From NCBI GenBank assembly GCA_035693785.1, contig DASSFZ010000212.1, positions 4,647-68,646 of the forward strand: a stretch of 64,000 nt of DNA, in the 5' to 3' direction. Position 1 is the first letter of the stretch. Every line of letters begins with the position of its first letter. The notes beneath the pieces are model-generated. The model was not told the DNA's origin and did not search any database. It saw only the letters and a list, made by a program, of their open reading frames with translations. Made by a program: the position numbers and the translations under genes. Shown here in pieces: positions 8,556 through 16,626 of the stretch. The DNA comes from Anaerolineae bacterium. Lineage in GTDB: Bacteria; Chloroflexota; Anaerolineae; Fen-1058.

Positions 8556-9884
8556 TCACGCTGGCTGTCGTTCAAGCGCGTACGTTTCCTGCTTCGCCTC
8601 GGCGCACAAGCGCGCGACGCGGCAGGCCTCGCTCGAAGGGCTATTCGGATTGCCGTCTTCCATCTCGGCCAACGCCGGGCAGCGACGGCAGTAATCCGAC
8701 CATGCGCAAGCGTGGCAGGCTTCGGGCGTGCAGAAAAACTCGGACGCCCGGAATGCTTCCAACTCGGCCCCGCGCCAGATATCTTCAAACGCCTGCTCAC
8801 GCAGGTTCCCAAAGGAACGCCGCACCAGCTCGCAGGGATAAACATCACCGAATGGTGAGATGCGCGCTTTAGTGGTGGCGGCTGTGCATACGCTTCGCCG
8901 GCGCACCAGCTTGCCCTGCCGCGCCAGATCCAGCACCCAGTCATCCGAAATACGATAATCCAGTGGCGCGAGTGAGCCGTTGACGTTTGGCAGCAGGTGA
9001 ACATTCAGAGCAAAGCCCACCTGCCATTGCTCGCACAGCCGGCGCAGGGCATCTTCCTCACGGACGTTGTGATACGTGGCATTGAAGATCACGTAAACGT
9101 TTGCGCCGGCTTGAGCCAGATACTCGATACCCCGGCAGGCCCGGCGAAACGATCCATTCACAGCGGTGAATGCATCGTGCGTGGACGGGCGCGCGCCGTG
9201 CAGGCTGACCTGCACCGTACACCAGCGCGCCAGCAGGTCTGCGTACGCCGGTGTGATCAACGTGGCATTCGTCAAAACCAGAATGGCAAACCGGCGCTCG
9301 TGGGCGAGCCGGATGAGCTGCTCCAGGTCGCGACGCGCGAAGGGTTCGCCGCCCGTGAAGCACAAGAACAGCGTCCCCGCTTCAGCCAGTTGATCAAGAA
9401 TCGATTGAACTTCTGATGTATTCAAAACCCGGTGGTTGTCTTTGGCCGTGTAGCAATACACGCAATCCAGATTACAGGCGTAGGTCGTCTCAAAATCAAC
9501 ACGAAATGGAACCCGCTGTCGCTTAACCTCGGTGATGACGAGCTCCGGCTGCCAACGCGTCGCTTCGCGGAATGACCGGCGCACGCCGCCAGTTTCGCCA
9601 TCGGCCGTGACAATCGAGCGGTCGTATAGCGAACGGACGAACTTGCACACATCCTGCGCGACCTGCGCGAGAGGCACGGCAAACTGGTCGCTGAGTGAAG
9701 CGGCGATTTCGCGCAACGGTGTCTGGCGCGTCAAATGCCCCCAAATCAACTCGCCGACGCCGGTCAGTTTGCTCGTTTCGCCAGTGCGCAGCGCGTAGAC
9801 ATAGACGCTGTCCCCCACTTTGCGGTAAGCGACATCATCCCTGAGCGCGATTTGTCTATCCAGCCAATTCAGATCGGCTTCCAT
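8556..9884 (-). CDS. Radical SAM/SPASM peptide maturase with N-terminal PqqD/RRE-like domain (rSAM-3)
   Basis: TYACNLDCVYCY (CxxxCxxC). SPASM cysteines are CTAATTKARISPFGDVYPCE ... CHACAWSDYCRRCP. PqqD-like segment is VYVYALRTGETSKLTGVGELIWGHLTRQTPLREIAASL. Start moved from 10139 to ATG 9884 (MEADLNWL); the exact start is uncertain. Confidence 0.88.
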   Translation of the reverse strand: MEADLNWLDRQIALRDDVAYRKVGDSVYVYALRTGETSKLTGVGELIWGHLTRQTPLREIAASLSDQFAVPLAQVAQDVCKFVRSLYDRSIVTADGETGGVRRSFREATRWQPELVITEVKRQRVPFRVDFETTYACNLDCVYCYTAKDNHRVLNTSEVQSILDQLAEAGTLFLCFTGGEPFARRDLEQLIRLAHERRFAILVLTNATLITPAYADLLARWCTVQVSLHGARPSTHDAFTAVNGSFRRACRGIEYLAQAGANVYVIFNATYHNVREEDALRRLCEQWQVGFALNVHLLPNVNGSLAPLDYRISDDWVLDLARQGKLVRRRSVCTAATTKARISPFGDVYPCELVRRSFGNLREQAFEDIWRGAELEAFRASEFFCTPEACHACAWSDYCRRCPALAEMEDGNPNSPSSEACRVARLCAEAKQETYALERQPA

Positions 9885-9979
9885 GCTCACCCCATCTCTC
9901 AACTGGCGCCAACGACGAGTGCCCTCCGCCCCGCGCGCCTTCACCGGCTGACTCGGCAGGCCTGATCGCGAATGGATGC

Positions 9980-10034
9980 TTGCTACTAGCAACACTTGTA
10001 TCTGTATAGTATTGGGAAACCGCACGGCGCACAA
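9980..10034 (-). promoter_or_regulatory. Candidate sigma70-like promoter plus palindromic operator upstream of rSAM-3
   Basis: Minus strand: TTGTGC (10034..10029), 17 nt spacer, TACTAT (10011..10006). About 13 nt further downstream lies the perfect palindrome TTGCTAgTAGCAA (9992..9980). The stretch is locally AT-rich. The hexamers match the consensus only 3/6 and 4/6. Confidence 0.25.
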
Positions 10035-10125
10035 TGGCGCGCGGTCGAGTTCCGACCTAGACCCCAGTCTAGTTCGCGCCTCAAGCGATGTGCCGGCCAC
10101 TGGGCGTAAGCCGAACCACGACAGG

Positions 10126-10917
10126 TCAGATGCGCTCACGCATGCGGACGTAGTAGCGGCTCAGCACCACATCGGCCAGCCCTGGAAATGCTCGGAGGAA
10201 TGCAATCAGGGGGCGCCAGCTCGTCGGCAGGATGTCATGGCGACGCGGATGCCGGAGCAGTCTGGCAACGCGTTCGGCGACGACGTCGGAACACATCACG
10301 CCGCGCACGCGCTGGCCGTTGGCCAGCTTCTCGGCCGCGCGCCGCAGGCGTGGGCTGAAGTTGGTGGCGACAAAGCCTGGGCTTAGCACCGTCACGCGAA
10401 TGCCGCTGTCCTGCACTTCGCGCCGCAGCGCGTCGGAGAAACCGACGATCGCGGATTTGGTCGCGCAATAGATGCTGGCGCCCGGTATCCCGATCAGACC
10501 GGCGAGGGAAGCGACGTTGATGATGTGCCCCGACGACTGGCGCAGCATGGCCGGCAGCACCGCCTGCACGCAATCGATCACCGCGATCAGATTCACGTCG
10601 ATCTGTTCGCACACCTGGTCGGGATCCAGATCGATCACGCGCCGCGGGTAACTCAACCCGGCATTATTGACGAGCACATCCACGCGCCTCCACCGGTCGA
10701 GGGTGGCCTGGACCATGTGCTGGATGGCCGCGCGATCGCGCACGTCGGTCGGGACGACGAGGGCGCGCGTCTCGTCGCCGATTGCAGCGGCCACCCGTTC
10801 GAGTTCTTCTCGTCGCCGCGCGGCCAGCGTCACACACATTCCGTCACGCGCCAGGCGACGCGCCGTTGCCTCGCCAATTCCACTCGATGCGCCTGTCACG
10901 ATAGCCACTTTGTCCAC
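10126..10917 (-). CDS. Short-chain dehydrogenase/reductase (SDR)
   Basis: VTGASSGIGEATARRLA Rossmann motif and YCATKSAIVGFSDAL (YxxxK). GTG start with AGGAG 6 nt upstream. Confidence 0.88.
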   Translation of the reverse strand: MDKVAIVTGASSGIGEATARRLARDGMCVTLAARRREELERVAAAIGDETRALVVPTDVRDRAAIQHMVQATLDRWRRVDVLVNNAGLSYPRRVIDLDPDQVCEQIDVNLIAVIDCVQAVLPAMLRQSSGHIINVASLAGLIGIPGASIYCATKSAIVGFSDALRREVQDSGIRVTVLSPGFVATNFSPRLRRAAEKLANGQRVRGVMCSDVVAERVARLLRHPRRHDILPTSWRPLIAFLRAFPGLADVVLSRYYVRMRERI

Positions 10918-10975
10918 GATCGACTCCTACGTTGGCCGCTTGCGCGTCGATCCGACGCCTGGGCGGCGCGGCACC

Positions 10976-12406
10976 TCAAGCGCGAGCGACCGACCTTTTA
11001 GTCCGCGCCGCTTTGACGACGGCCACTGCTCGCTTGATCGGCGCGCCGACGGCTGCGTGTCGCCAGGCAGGCCCTGTCGTCCCCAGGCGTGTGCCCAGGC
11101 GCATGATAGCCTTGGCGATGGCCGAATCGCGTTGACGCGGGGCGAGCCAGGTCGGTTCCCGCCGCGCGTGATTCAAGACTCGCTCCATCATCTTCGGCGC
11201 AAGCTCTGGTGACAAATAGAAACGCGGTTCCAGCAGATCGTCGTCCGAGAACGCCCCCCCTTCCTGTTGGAGCACCTCGGCCAGGCCGGTGGCCGGAAAG
11301 ATGCGCAGTCCGAATGAATACGTCACGGCCGTGGCGCGCATCTTGCCAATGGCTGTCAACGTCTCCTCGATCGTTGTCGCCGTCTCGCCTAGCCCGCCGA
11401 AGATCAGATGGAAGAGGAACGGCAACCTGGCCTGGCAGCAGCCCTCACTGCAGGCGGCTACGTCGTCCAGCGTGAACCCCTTGCGCAACCGATGCAGCAT
11501 CCCATCGTTTGCCGCGTCGATGCCCAGCTCGACGCCGCTGCAGCCGGCGCGCCTCATCAGGCAGGCCAGCTCGGGCGACAGCGAGGACGGGTTGGCTCCG
11601 CACACCCAGTGCAGGTCGAGCCTGCGCCGCAGTATCTCCTCGCAGATCGCCGCAGCGTGATCCGGCGGATACGTGAACACCGCATCCACGAAATGGATCT
11701 TCTTCACGCCGGCGCGCGCCAATCGCTCCAACTCTTCGCCTACGTTCTGCGGAGAGCGCAGCCGCACGTCTCGCCCCTCGATCACGGGGTAGTTGCAGTA
11801 CAGGCACCGAAACGGGCAACCCCGCTTGGTCTGGACGTTAACCGCGCTGCCTGCCAGCTCGTACGTCCGGGAGACTGCCCGATCGCGCGTGGGAATGGGC
11901 AAAGCATCGAGATCGCGCACACGAGCCGGTGGCTGCCTGTCGCCTGGCGAGTCGCGGTTCGTCACAACGCCTGGGACACGATGCGGGTCACCGCACGCCA
12001 GCCACAACGGGAACGCCTCTTCGCCTTCGCCGACAATCCCGATTTGCAGGTCCAAGAAGCGCAGTATGGCCTGAGGAAAGATGGAGAAGCCCGACCCGCC
12101 GGCCACGATGGGCGCATGGAACGCCTGACGGCAGGCATCGACGATAGGGCGTATCGCAGGCAGGTAACGCACGGGCGCATCGTAAGTCAGGTTGTCGATG
12201 TTTCGGATGGACAGGCCGATGCAATCCGGCTTGAACGTCTGCACGGCATCGCGCGCGACCTGCGCCGCATCCTTTGCAAAGCACAGGTCCAGCAGGCGCG
12301 TCTCGATGCCCCGCTGTCGCAGGCTGGCATCCACATAGGCGAGTCCCAGCGGCAGGACCGGATAGGGCGACTGCTCCCGATTGGTGTAGATGAGCAAGAC
12401 TCTCAT
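10976..12406 (-). CDS. B12-binding domain radical SAM enzyme (class B type)
   Basis: N-terminal MRVLLIYTNREQSPYPVLPLGLAYVDASLRQRGIETRLLDL is B12-binding-domain-like. It is followed by TKRGCPFRCLYCNYP (CxxxCxxC). The ATG at 12406 overlaps the upstream KS stop (ATGA). Confidence 0.85.
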   Translation of the reverse strand: MRVLLIYTNREQSPYPVLPLGLAYVDASLRQRGIETRLLDLCFAKDAAQVARDAVQTFKPDCIGLSIRNIDNLTYDAPVRYLPAIRPIVDACRQAFHAPIVAGGSGFSIFPQAILRFLDLQIGIVGEGEEAFPLWLACGDPHRVPGVVTNRDSPGDRQPPARVRDLDALPIPTRDRAVSRTYELAGSAVNVQTKRGCPFRCLYCNYPVIEGRDVRLRSPQNVGEELERLARAGVKKIHFVDAVFTYPPDHAAAICEEILRRRLDLHWVCGANPSSLSPELACLMRRAGCSGVELGIDAANDGMLHRLRKGFTLDDVAACSEGCCQARLPFLFHLIFGGLGETATTIEETLTAIGKMRATAVTYSFGLRIFPATGLAEVLQQEGGAFSDDDLLEPRFYLSPELAPKMMERVLNHARREPTWLAPRQRDSAIAKAIMRLGTRLGTTGPAWRHAAVGAPIKRAVAVVKAARTKRSVARA

Positions 12407-13674
12407 GCCACTGGCTTCCTGTACACGACGGCATTGTTGCGCCCGAAAAACGAGATCGTGTTTTGCAGGATCGTCCGAATGGGAATTGCCCGGCCCACGT
12501 TCGGCACGTAATCCAGATCGCATTCGGGATCAGGCTCGCGATAGTTGATCGTCGGGGGCACGAAACCGTGCTCCATCACTAACGCGCACGTCACCGCCTG
12601 CATGATCCCGGCCGCGCCCTGCGTATGCCCGAGCATCGACTTGATCGCGCTGACCGGCACGCGACACGCCGCTTCACCAAACACGTTCTTGATCGTCTTG
12701 GTCTCGTTGACGTCGTTCAACTGTGTACTGGTACCGTGCGCGCATACGTAATCCACCTCGTCAGGCTGTACGCCCGCCTCGTGCAACGCCAGGCGCATGG
12801 CCCGCGCCGACTGTTCGCTCGTCGGGCTGGGAGCCGTCATGTGATAAGCATCCGCCGACGCGCCGTAGCCGGCCACCTCCGCGTAGATATGCGCGCCGCG
12901 CCGCCGGGCATGCTCCCACTCTTCCAGCAGGATCACGCCTGCGCCCTCGCCCATCACGAATCCGTTGCGCGTACGGTCGAAGGGACGCGACGCGCGTTCC
13001 GGCTCATCGTTGTGCTGCGACAGCACGTTGAGCATCGCGTAACTGTAGAAGATGTAGGGCTGGATCGGCGCCTCTGCGCCGCCTGCGATCATCAAGTCGG
13101 CCTCGCCATACTGGATCTGGCGAAAAGCGTAGCCCACTGCATCGGTGGACGACGCGCACGCTGCGGCGGTGACCGTGCTATCACCCTGCAGGCCGAACAT
13201 CCCGTTCACGCTCAGCGCCACCTGTCCCAAGAAAGTGGTCAAGACGTGACGCGCGCAGCGCTGCGCCTCCGCTTCGTCGCCACGGGCGGCTGCGGCGAAC
13301 AAGTCGTCCAAAAGAGGCAGACGCGCTTCCAAATCCCCCGCCGCCGAACCGATGCTCACCCCAGCACGCGTCCGATCTTCGGCGTCGAGCTGCACATCGG
13401 CATCGGCCAGCGCCTGCTGGGTCGCAACCAGCATGAATTGATTCGCGCGATCGGCTTGATCGGTCCAACGCGCAACGGCGGCGGCATCCAGATAGCGGCG
13501 CACATCGAAGACCTTCACTTCGGCAGCCATCGTGGAGCGGTAGCCGCTGGCATCGAACGCCTGGATCGGCCCTGCACCGGAGCGACCCGCCTTGAGGTTC
13601 TCCCAGAAGTCGCGTTTGCCGATCCCAATCGGCGACACGATCCCCACGCCGGTCAGCGCCACACGTCTAGCCAT
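12403..13674 (-). CDS. Beta-ketoacyl-ACP synthase (KS, FabF-like, full Cys-His-His triad)
   Basis: Active-site AAACASSTDAVGY, CAHGTSTQLND and LGHTQGAAG. The start overlaps the upstream CLF-like gene by 8 nt. Confidence 0.92.
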   Translation of the reverse strand: MARRVALTGVGIVSPIGIGKRDFWENLKAGRSGAGPIQAFDASGYRSTMAAEVKVFDVRRYLDAAAVARWTDQADRANQFMLVATQQALADADVQLDAEDRTRAGVSIGSAAGDLEARLPLLDDLFAAAARGDEAEAQRCARHVLTTFLGQVALSVNGMFGLQGDSTVTAAACASSTDAVGYAFRQIQYGEADLMIAGGAEAPIQPYIFYSYAMLNVLSQHNDEPERASRPFDRTRNGFVMGEGAGVILLEEWEHARRRGAHIYAEVAGYGASADAYHMTAPSPTSEQSARAMRLALHEAGVQPDEVDYVCAHGTSTQLNDVNETKTIKNVFGEAACRVPVSAIKSMLGHTQGAAGIMQAVTCALVMEHGFVPPTINYREPDPECDLDYVPNVGRAIPIRTILQNTISFFGRNNAVVYRKPVA

Positions 13675-14968
13675 CGGCAGGATCTCCTTCGCGCCAGCGC
13701 TTGTAGACGAGCGCGCCGCACTTGCCCAGGACAGATAGGCTGTTGTGTAGGATCACGGCGGGCGAGGCTGCCCGCGCCTGGTTGGGCACGTAATCCAGGT
13801 CGCACATCGGATCCGGCTGGCTGTAATTGATTGTCGGCGGCAGCAAGCCGCGCCCCAGCGCCAGACAGCAGCTCGCCGCTTGCAGCGCGCCGTCGGCGCC
13901 CAACGTATACCCGAATATGGGCTTGATGGAACTGACCGGCACGTCGTACGCGTGTTCGCCCAGAGCCTGCTTGATGGCCAGCGTCTCCCGGATGTCGCCC
14001 GCTTGAGTGCCGATGCCGTGCGCGGCGATGAACTCGACGCAGTCAGGAGCCAGGGCCGCATCCGCCAGCGCCATGCGCATGGCGAGGCTGGTATCGCCTG
14101 GCGCGTCGTGCGCCGGCAGGTCGTTGGCGGGCAGGCACGTCGCGGCATAGCCGGCCAGTTCGGCGTAGACGTGCGCGCCGCGCCGCAGCGCATGCTGCAT
14201 CTCTTCCAAGACGAGAATGGCCGCACCCTCGCCGAGCACAAACCCGTCCCGCCCGGCATCGAACGGCCGGCAGGCGCGCTCTGGCTGATCGTTGCGGCGC
14301 GACAGCAAGCCGAGGCCGTCGAACAGGATTAGCGACGAATGCAGGATCGGCGCTTCGCTGCCGCCAGCGATCATGACATCGGCCTCGTCGTACTTGATCT
14401 GCCGATACGCATAGCCCAGCGCATCCATGCCGGCGGTCTCGGCGGCGTAGACCGTCACGCCCGGCCCGCGCAACTGAAAATTGACCGTGATGTTGCCGAA
14501 CGACGCGCCGCTGCTGCCGATGATGCACGACAGGGCGTTCATCTTGTGAATGCCGCCTGTCTGGATGCGCTCTATCTCGCCGCGCGCCATACGGATCGGG
14601 CCGGCAAACGTGCCGATGCTCGTGCCTGCGCGTTCGGAGTCGCTCGGGGTGAGGGTGAGATCGGCATCCTCCATCGCCATCTGGGCGGCCGCATACGCAA
14701 AGCCCGACACGCGCTCCATGAAGCGCGCCTGCTTGCGGTCGGTGTAATCGTTGATGGAGAAGCCATCCACGCTGGCTGCGATGTGCACGCGCTGGCCCGG
14801 CCGAGGCTCAAGCGTGCGGATCGGCCCGGCGCACGAGCGGCCTTGACGGATGGCCTGCCAGAAGGCTTCTTTCCCGATGCCGGCCGGCGACACGACGCCA
14901 ATGCCGGTCACCACCACGCGGCGGCGCGCGTTTTGTCGTGTCGAGGCGTCATGTGTCAGCATAACCAT
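13667..14968 (-). CDS. Ketosynthase-like protein lacking the active-site Cys (chain-length-factor-like)
   Basis: KS fold throughout. The Cys position reads YAAETAGMDALGY and the second His motif reads FGYTLGADG. Start moved to ATG 14968 (MVMLTHDA...). Confidence 0.82.
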   Translation of the reverse strand: MVMLTHDASTRQNARRRVVVTGIGVVSPAGIGKEAFWQAIRQGRSCAGPIRTLEPRPGQRVHIAASVDGFSINDYTDRKQARFMERVSGFAYAAAQMAMEDADLTLTPSDSERAGTSIGTFAGPIRMARGEIERIQTGGIHKMNALSCIIGSSGASFGNITVNFQLRGPGVTVYAAETAGMDALGYAYRQIKYDEADVMIAGGSEAPILHSSLILFDGLGLLSRRNDQPERACRPFDAGRDGFVLGEGAAILVLEEMQHALRRGAHVYAELAGYAATCLPANDLPAHDAPGDTSLAMRMALADAALAPDCVEFIAAHGIGTQAGDIRETLAIKQALGEHAYDVPVSSIKPIFGYTLGADGALQAASCCLALGRGLLPPTINYSQPDPMCDLDYVPNQARAASPAVILHNSLSVLGKCGALVYKRWREGDPADG

Positions 14969-15399
14969 CCGATTTCCCCGTAGTGCAGATTCGCCGTCAT
15001 CAACAGCGCCAGCACCCGCTTCTGAGGATTGGGAGAGCGCCATAGTTCTTTGCGAAACTCGAGTTCGCGCTGGTGAATGCGGGTCTCGCTCATCAGCGGC
15101 CGCGAGCAACACAAGGGAGCCAGCAGGTCGAGATACTCGACGAGCTGGCCGACGGTGGAGATCTCGGCGGCGCGGGCCTCCAGCGTTTCCTCCCACGATG
15201 GATCGACGTACCGAAACACGTCGGCCTCGAACTCGCGCTCGATGGCGATTATGAGTTCCACGATGTCCAGCGAATCGGCGTCGAGGTCTTCGCGAAAACG
15301 GGCCTGGAGCGTCACGTCGTCCGGCGCGACATTGAGCGTATGCACAATGACATTTCGCATTCGCTCAAACGTGTTAAGCGAGTTCTTGCGTTCGCTCAT
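14956..15399 (-). CDS. Acyl carrier protein with ~55-60 aa C-terminal extension
   Basis: LDADSLDIVELIIAIEREF contains the DSL phosphopantetheine-attachment motif. Start ATG 15399 has GGAGAGAGG upstream. The ORF continues to 14956, giving 147 aa. Confidence 0.78.
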   Translation of the reverse strand: MSERKNSLNTFERMRNVIVHTLNVAPDDVTLQARFREDLDADSLDIVELIIAIEREFEADVFRYVDPSWEETLEARAAEISTVGQLVEYLDLLAPLCCSRPLMSETRIHQRELEFRKELWRSPNPQKRVLALLMTANLHYGEIGWLC

Positions 15400-15886
15400 C
15401 GGAACCTCTCTCCGCGCGCAGCCGCTCACCGGTGTGGTCGCCGGGCGACGCAATGACCACCTCGCCCTCGGCGACTGTCCCGCCGCCGGTGGTGATGCGA
15501 CCTTGAATCACCATCACGCCCAGGCAGGCTCGAATCACCGTCGCTTCGATGCGCAGCGAGTCGCCGGGCCGCGCCGGTTGGCGAAAGCGAAAGTTGCGAA
15601 TGCGCGCCAGGAAACCCAGGTAGGCAGTAGCCTCGTCGTCGTTCGACCCTGCCCGCAAGGCAATCCCGCCGACCTGCGCCACCATTTCGACCAGCAGAAC
15701 ACCCGGCACAATGGGATGATCGGGGAAGTGCCCGGCGAAGTACGGCTCGTTGATGCTAACGTTCTTGATCGCCACCGCGCGCCGTCCCGGCTCAACTTCG
15801 AGGACGCGATCGACGAACAGGAAGGGATAGCGGTGGGGAAGCAGCCGAAAGATATCCTGAATGTCCACGGCGTCCACCTCGCTCAC
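15374..15886 (-). CDS. fabZ: 3-hydroxyacyl-ACP dehydratase
   Basis: [14 protein letters not shown] and [28 protein letters not shown] (canonical FabZ His and Glu motifs). The GTG start overlaps the FabG stop (GTGA). Confidence 0.9.
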   Translation of the reverse strand: [170 protein letters not shown]

Positions 15887-16626
15887 ATGGCCAGACCGCC
15901 GTCCACTACCAGCACATGGCCGGTGATGTACTCGGCGGCCGGGCTGCTCAGGAAGACGACGGCTTTGGCCACGTCTTCAGGCCGGCCCAGGCGCTGGAGT
16001 GGAATCGCCTGCACAAACTTCTCCTGAACGTGAGCCGGAATCGCTTTCACCATCCGCGTGTCGATGAACCCCGGCGCGACGACGTTGACGGTGATGCGGT
16101 AGGTCGCCAGCTCGCGGGCGAGCGCTTTGCTCAGACCGATCAGGCCGGCTTTGGCCGCGCTGTAGTTGGCCTGACCGGCCTGCCCCATGATCCCGCTGAT
16201 CGAGGCGACGTTGATGATGCGACCAGCCCGCTTTTTCATCATGGTCTTGGCGACGGCACGCGCGCAGTGAAACGCGCCCTTGAGGTTGATGTCGAGGACG
16301 TGGTCCCAGTGCTCGTCGCTCATCATCAGCAGCAGCCGATCGGCGGTAACCCCGGCGTTGTTCACCAGCACGTCGACACGGCCCCAGCGGTCGAGCACGG
16401 TCTTGACCATCGACCTGACCGCACCAGCGTCCGCCACGTCGGCGCACACGGCGACGCCCTCACCGCCGGCAGCGGCGACGTCGGAGACGAGCCGATCCGC
16501 GCTCGCCGCATCGCACACGTAGTTCACGGCCACGCTGGCGCCTTCTTGGGCGAGCGCCAAACAGATAGCGCGTCCGATCTCGCCGGTTCCGCCGGTGACC
16601 AACGCCACGCAGCCCGATAGCCTCAT
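15883..16626 (-). CDS. fabG: 3-oxoacyl-ACP reductase
   Basis: ALVTGGTGEIGRAICLALA and NYSAAKAGLIGLSKALA. Start moved to ATG 16626, which overlaps the FabI stop by 1 nt. Confidence 0.88.
   Translation of the reverse strand: MRLSGCVALVTGGTGEIGRAICLALAQEGASVAVNYVCDAASADRLVSDVAAAGGEGVAVCADVADAGAVRSMVKTVLDRWGRVDVLVNNAGVTADRLLLMMSDEHWDHVLDINLKGAFHCARAVAKTMMKKRAGRIINVASISGIMGQAGQANYSAAKAGLIGLSKALARELATYRITVNVVAPGFIDTRMVKAIPAHVQEKFVQAIPLQRLGRPEDVAKAVVFLSSPAAEYITGHVLVVDGGLAM

Noticed and set aside
9885-10125. Possible third precursor peptide upstream of rSAM-3.
   Set aside because: I hand-scanned the minus strand. The only ATG there opens a 2-codon ORF, and the only substantial frame is a GTG-started in-frame extension of rSAM-3 itself. 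I found no SD-preceded short ORF and no C-terminal Cys motif.
13667-15196. Long N-terminal extensions in the ORF track. Examples: 13667-15196, 8556-10139, 15883-16734, 28800-29609, 55948-58026, 36226-37920, 22350-23951.
   Set aside because: The extensions are Arg-rich and overlap upstream genes. Internal starts with good SD sites coincide with the canonical N-termini of the families. I trimmed the coordinates accordingly.
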